Shown here piece after piece: positions 62,576 to 64,000 of a stretch of 64,000 nucleotides of DNA. The notes below the pieces were generated by a model that saw nothing but the letters and a program-made list of their open reading frames with translations, did no database searches and was not told the DNA's origin. This DNA is from an uncultured SAR86 cluster bacterium (GTDB taxonomy: Bacteria > Pseudomonadota > Gammaproteobacteria > Magnimaribacterales > AG-339-G14). A program made the translations under genes and the position numbers. Positions within the stretch are counted from its first letter, which is position 1, and every line of letters starts with the position of its first letter. The stretch lies in contig CABZAV010000001.1 in assembly GCA_902523885.1 (NCBI GenBank), positions 114,208-178,207 on the forward strand, written 5' to 3'.

Positions 62576-64000
62576 ATGCACGATCTTGTTATAAGAAATG
62601 GTCTTATCGTTGATGGTTCAGGAAAGAAACCATTCATCGGTGATATAGCAATTGATAATGAAAACATATCATTAATCTCCAGTTCTATAAAAGAAAGAGG
62701 GAAAGAGGAGATTGATGCTGAAGGGAAGTTAGTTACGCCCGGATGGGTTGATATTCATACTCATTATGACGGACAAGTTTGTTGGGATCCTTATTTGACC
62801 CCATCGAGTTGGCATGGAGTTACGACTGCTGTCATGGGAAATTGTGGAGTAGGCTTTGCCCCAGTTAGACCAGGTGAAGAAAATTTTTTAATACAGTTAA
62901 TGGAAGGAGTTGAGGATATTCCAGGATCAGCCTTGCATGAAGGAATAGAATGGGGGTGGGAAACTTTCCCAGAATTTTTAGATGCGATAGATAAAAAAGA
63001 TTTCGTCATGGACCTTGGCTTCATGATCGGACATGGTCCTTTAAGAAGTTATGTTATGGGACACGATAGATGTCAGAATCAAGTCGATGCTTCTGATTTA
63101 GAAATAGATAAGATGTCTGAACTTGTAACGGAGGCTATCAATGCCGGGGCTTTAGGATTTAGCACCTCAAGAACTATTTTGCATAGAGACATTTACGGAA
63201 AATATGTTCCTGGAACTGAGGCTAGTTCTGAAGAGATGAGAGCGCTTGCTTTTGGTGTGGACAAGGCTGGCGAAGGAACTTTAGAAATAACTTCTGATTG
63301 GCTAGATGAAGAGATTGAGATGTCTTGGATGAAAGAATATGTGAAAAAAAGTAATTGTGGATTGACTTTTTTACAGACGAATGGAGATGCAGTTAAAACC
63401 ATTTTATTTTCAGAAGAGCATTATTTGAAGGGCAAAAATATTCGACCCCAATTTCCTGGAAGAAATGTAGGCTTAATGTTTGGCTTTGAAAGTTCTCTTA
63501 ATCCTTTTATGCAATATCCGACTTACAGAGAAATAGCTCATCTACCTCATGAGCAAAAATATGAAATCATGAAAGATCCTGATTTTAAAAATAGATTGTT
63601 GAGTCAAAAACCTGATCTTAAATCAGAAATAGATAAAAGACTTGCTGAACCCGATAATACTAAAACTAGAGAAGAGATTGAAAAAGATGCAGAACTTCTA
63701 TCAAGTCTAACTACAAATTATAAGACTCAATTCATTTTAGGGACTCCTCCAAATTACGAACCTAAACAAGAAGACAGTATTGCTGCAATTTCCTCAAACA
63801 AAGGTATTTCCGAACTAGAAGTAATGTTTGATGAAATGATGAAGAATAATGGCACAAATTTAATTTACGCTGCTTTTACTCCATACGATGATTACAAACT
63901 TAATTTTGTAGAACGAGCTTATGGACTGAAATCTTCTGTTGCTGGGGGAAGTGACGGGGGAGCGCACTGTGGATTAATATGTGACGCAAGCATGCCAACG
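62576..64000 (+). CDS. N-acyl-D-amino-acid deacylase family amidohydrolase (3' end outside window)
   Basis: Not in ORF track. Manual translation gives MHDLVIRNGLIVDGSG...PGWVDIHTHYDGQ...GVTTAVMGNCGVGFAP...GSDGGAH; SD AGGGAG upstream. Confidence 0.9.
   Translation, partial: MHDLVIRNGLIVDGSGKKPFIGDIAIDNENISLISSSIKERGKEEIDAEGKLVTPGWVDIHTHYDGQVCWDPYLTPSSWHGVTTAVMGNCGVGFAPVRPGEENFLIQLMEGVEDIPGSALHEGIEWGWETFPEFLDAIDKKDFVMDLGFMIGHGPLRSYVMGHDRCQNQVDASDLEIDKMSELVTEAINAGALGFSTSRTILHRDIYGKYVPGTEASSEEMRALAFGVDKAGEGTLEITSDWLDEEIEMSWMKEYVKKSNCGLTFLQTNGDAVKTILFSEEHYLKGKNIRPQFPGRNVGLMFGFESSLNPFMQYPTYREIAHLPHEQKYEIMKDPDFKNRLLSQKPDLKSEIDKRLAEPDNTKTREEIEKDAELLSSLTTNYKTQFILGTPPNYEPKQEDSIAAISSNKGISELEVMFDEMMKNNGTNLIYAAFTPYDDYKLNFVERAYGLKSSVAGGSDGGAHCGLICDASMPT

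Overview
This is an AT-rich (roughly one-third GC, judged by eye), extremely gene-dense stretch of a streamlined gammaproteobacterial chromosome. Gene content and compactness resemble marine SAR86-like bacteria, which is an inference. Bases 1-35.6 kb are core housekeeping: ygfA, ilvA, rpiA, lnt, maf, rpmBG, coaBC-dut, proA-nadD-rsfS-mrdA-rodA-mltB-dac-dat, holA-lptE-leuS-accCB-aroQ, ilvD-trxA-rho, rsmD, bamD/rluD and ilvIHC. tRNA-Ile(GAT) at 35635 and tRNA-Ala(TGC) at 54238, the pair normally found together in the 16S-23S spacer, stand alone here. They bracket an 18.5-kb accessory block of lipid-modifying and detoxifying enzymes: epoxide hydrolase, copper amine oxidase, Na+/solute symporter, a haloalkane dehalogenase-GST-sulfatase run, a CrtR-like desaturase, an alkylglycerol-monooxygenase homolog, and a four-gene cluster matching the furan-fatty-acid pathway architecture. 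After tRNA-Ala come a candidate purine-scavenging module (NCS2 permease, TonB-dependent receptor, purine PRTase, with an NtrC-like palindrome), a tandem DUF2061 protein, oxyR-katG and a partial D-aminoacylase. Many genes look leaderless, with a -10 hexamer 6-8 nt before the ATG. I saw no rRNA, CRISPR array, integrase or transposase. All family assignments come from motif recognition, not database searches.
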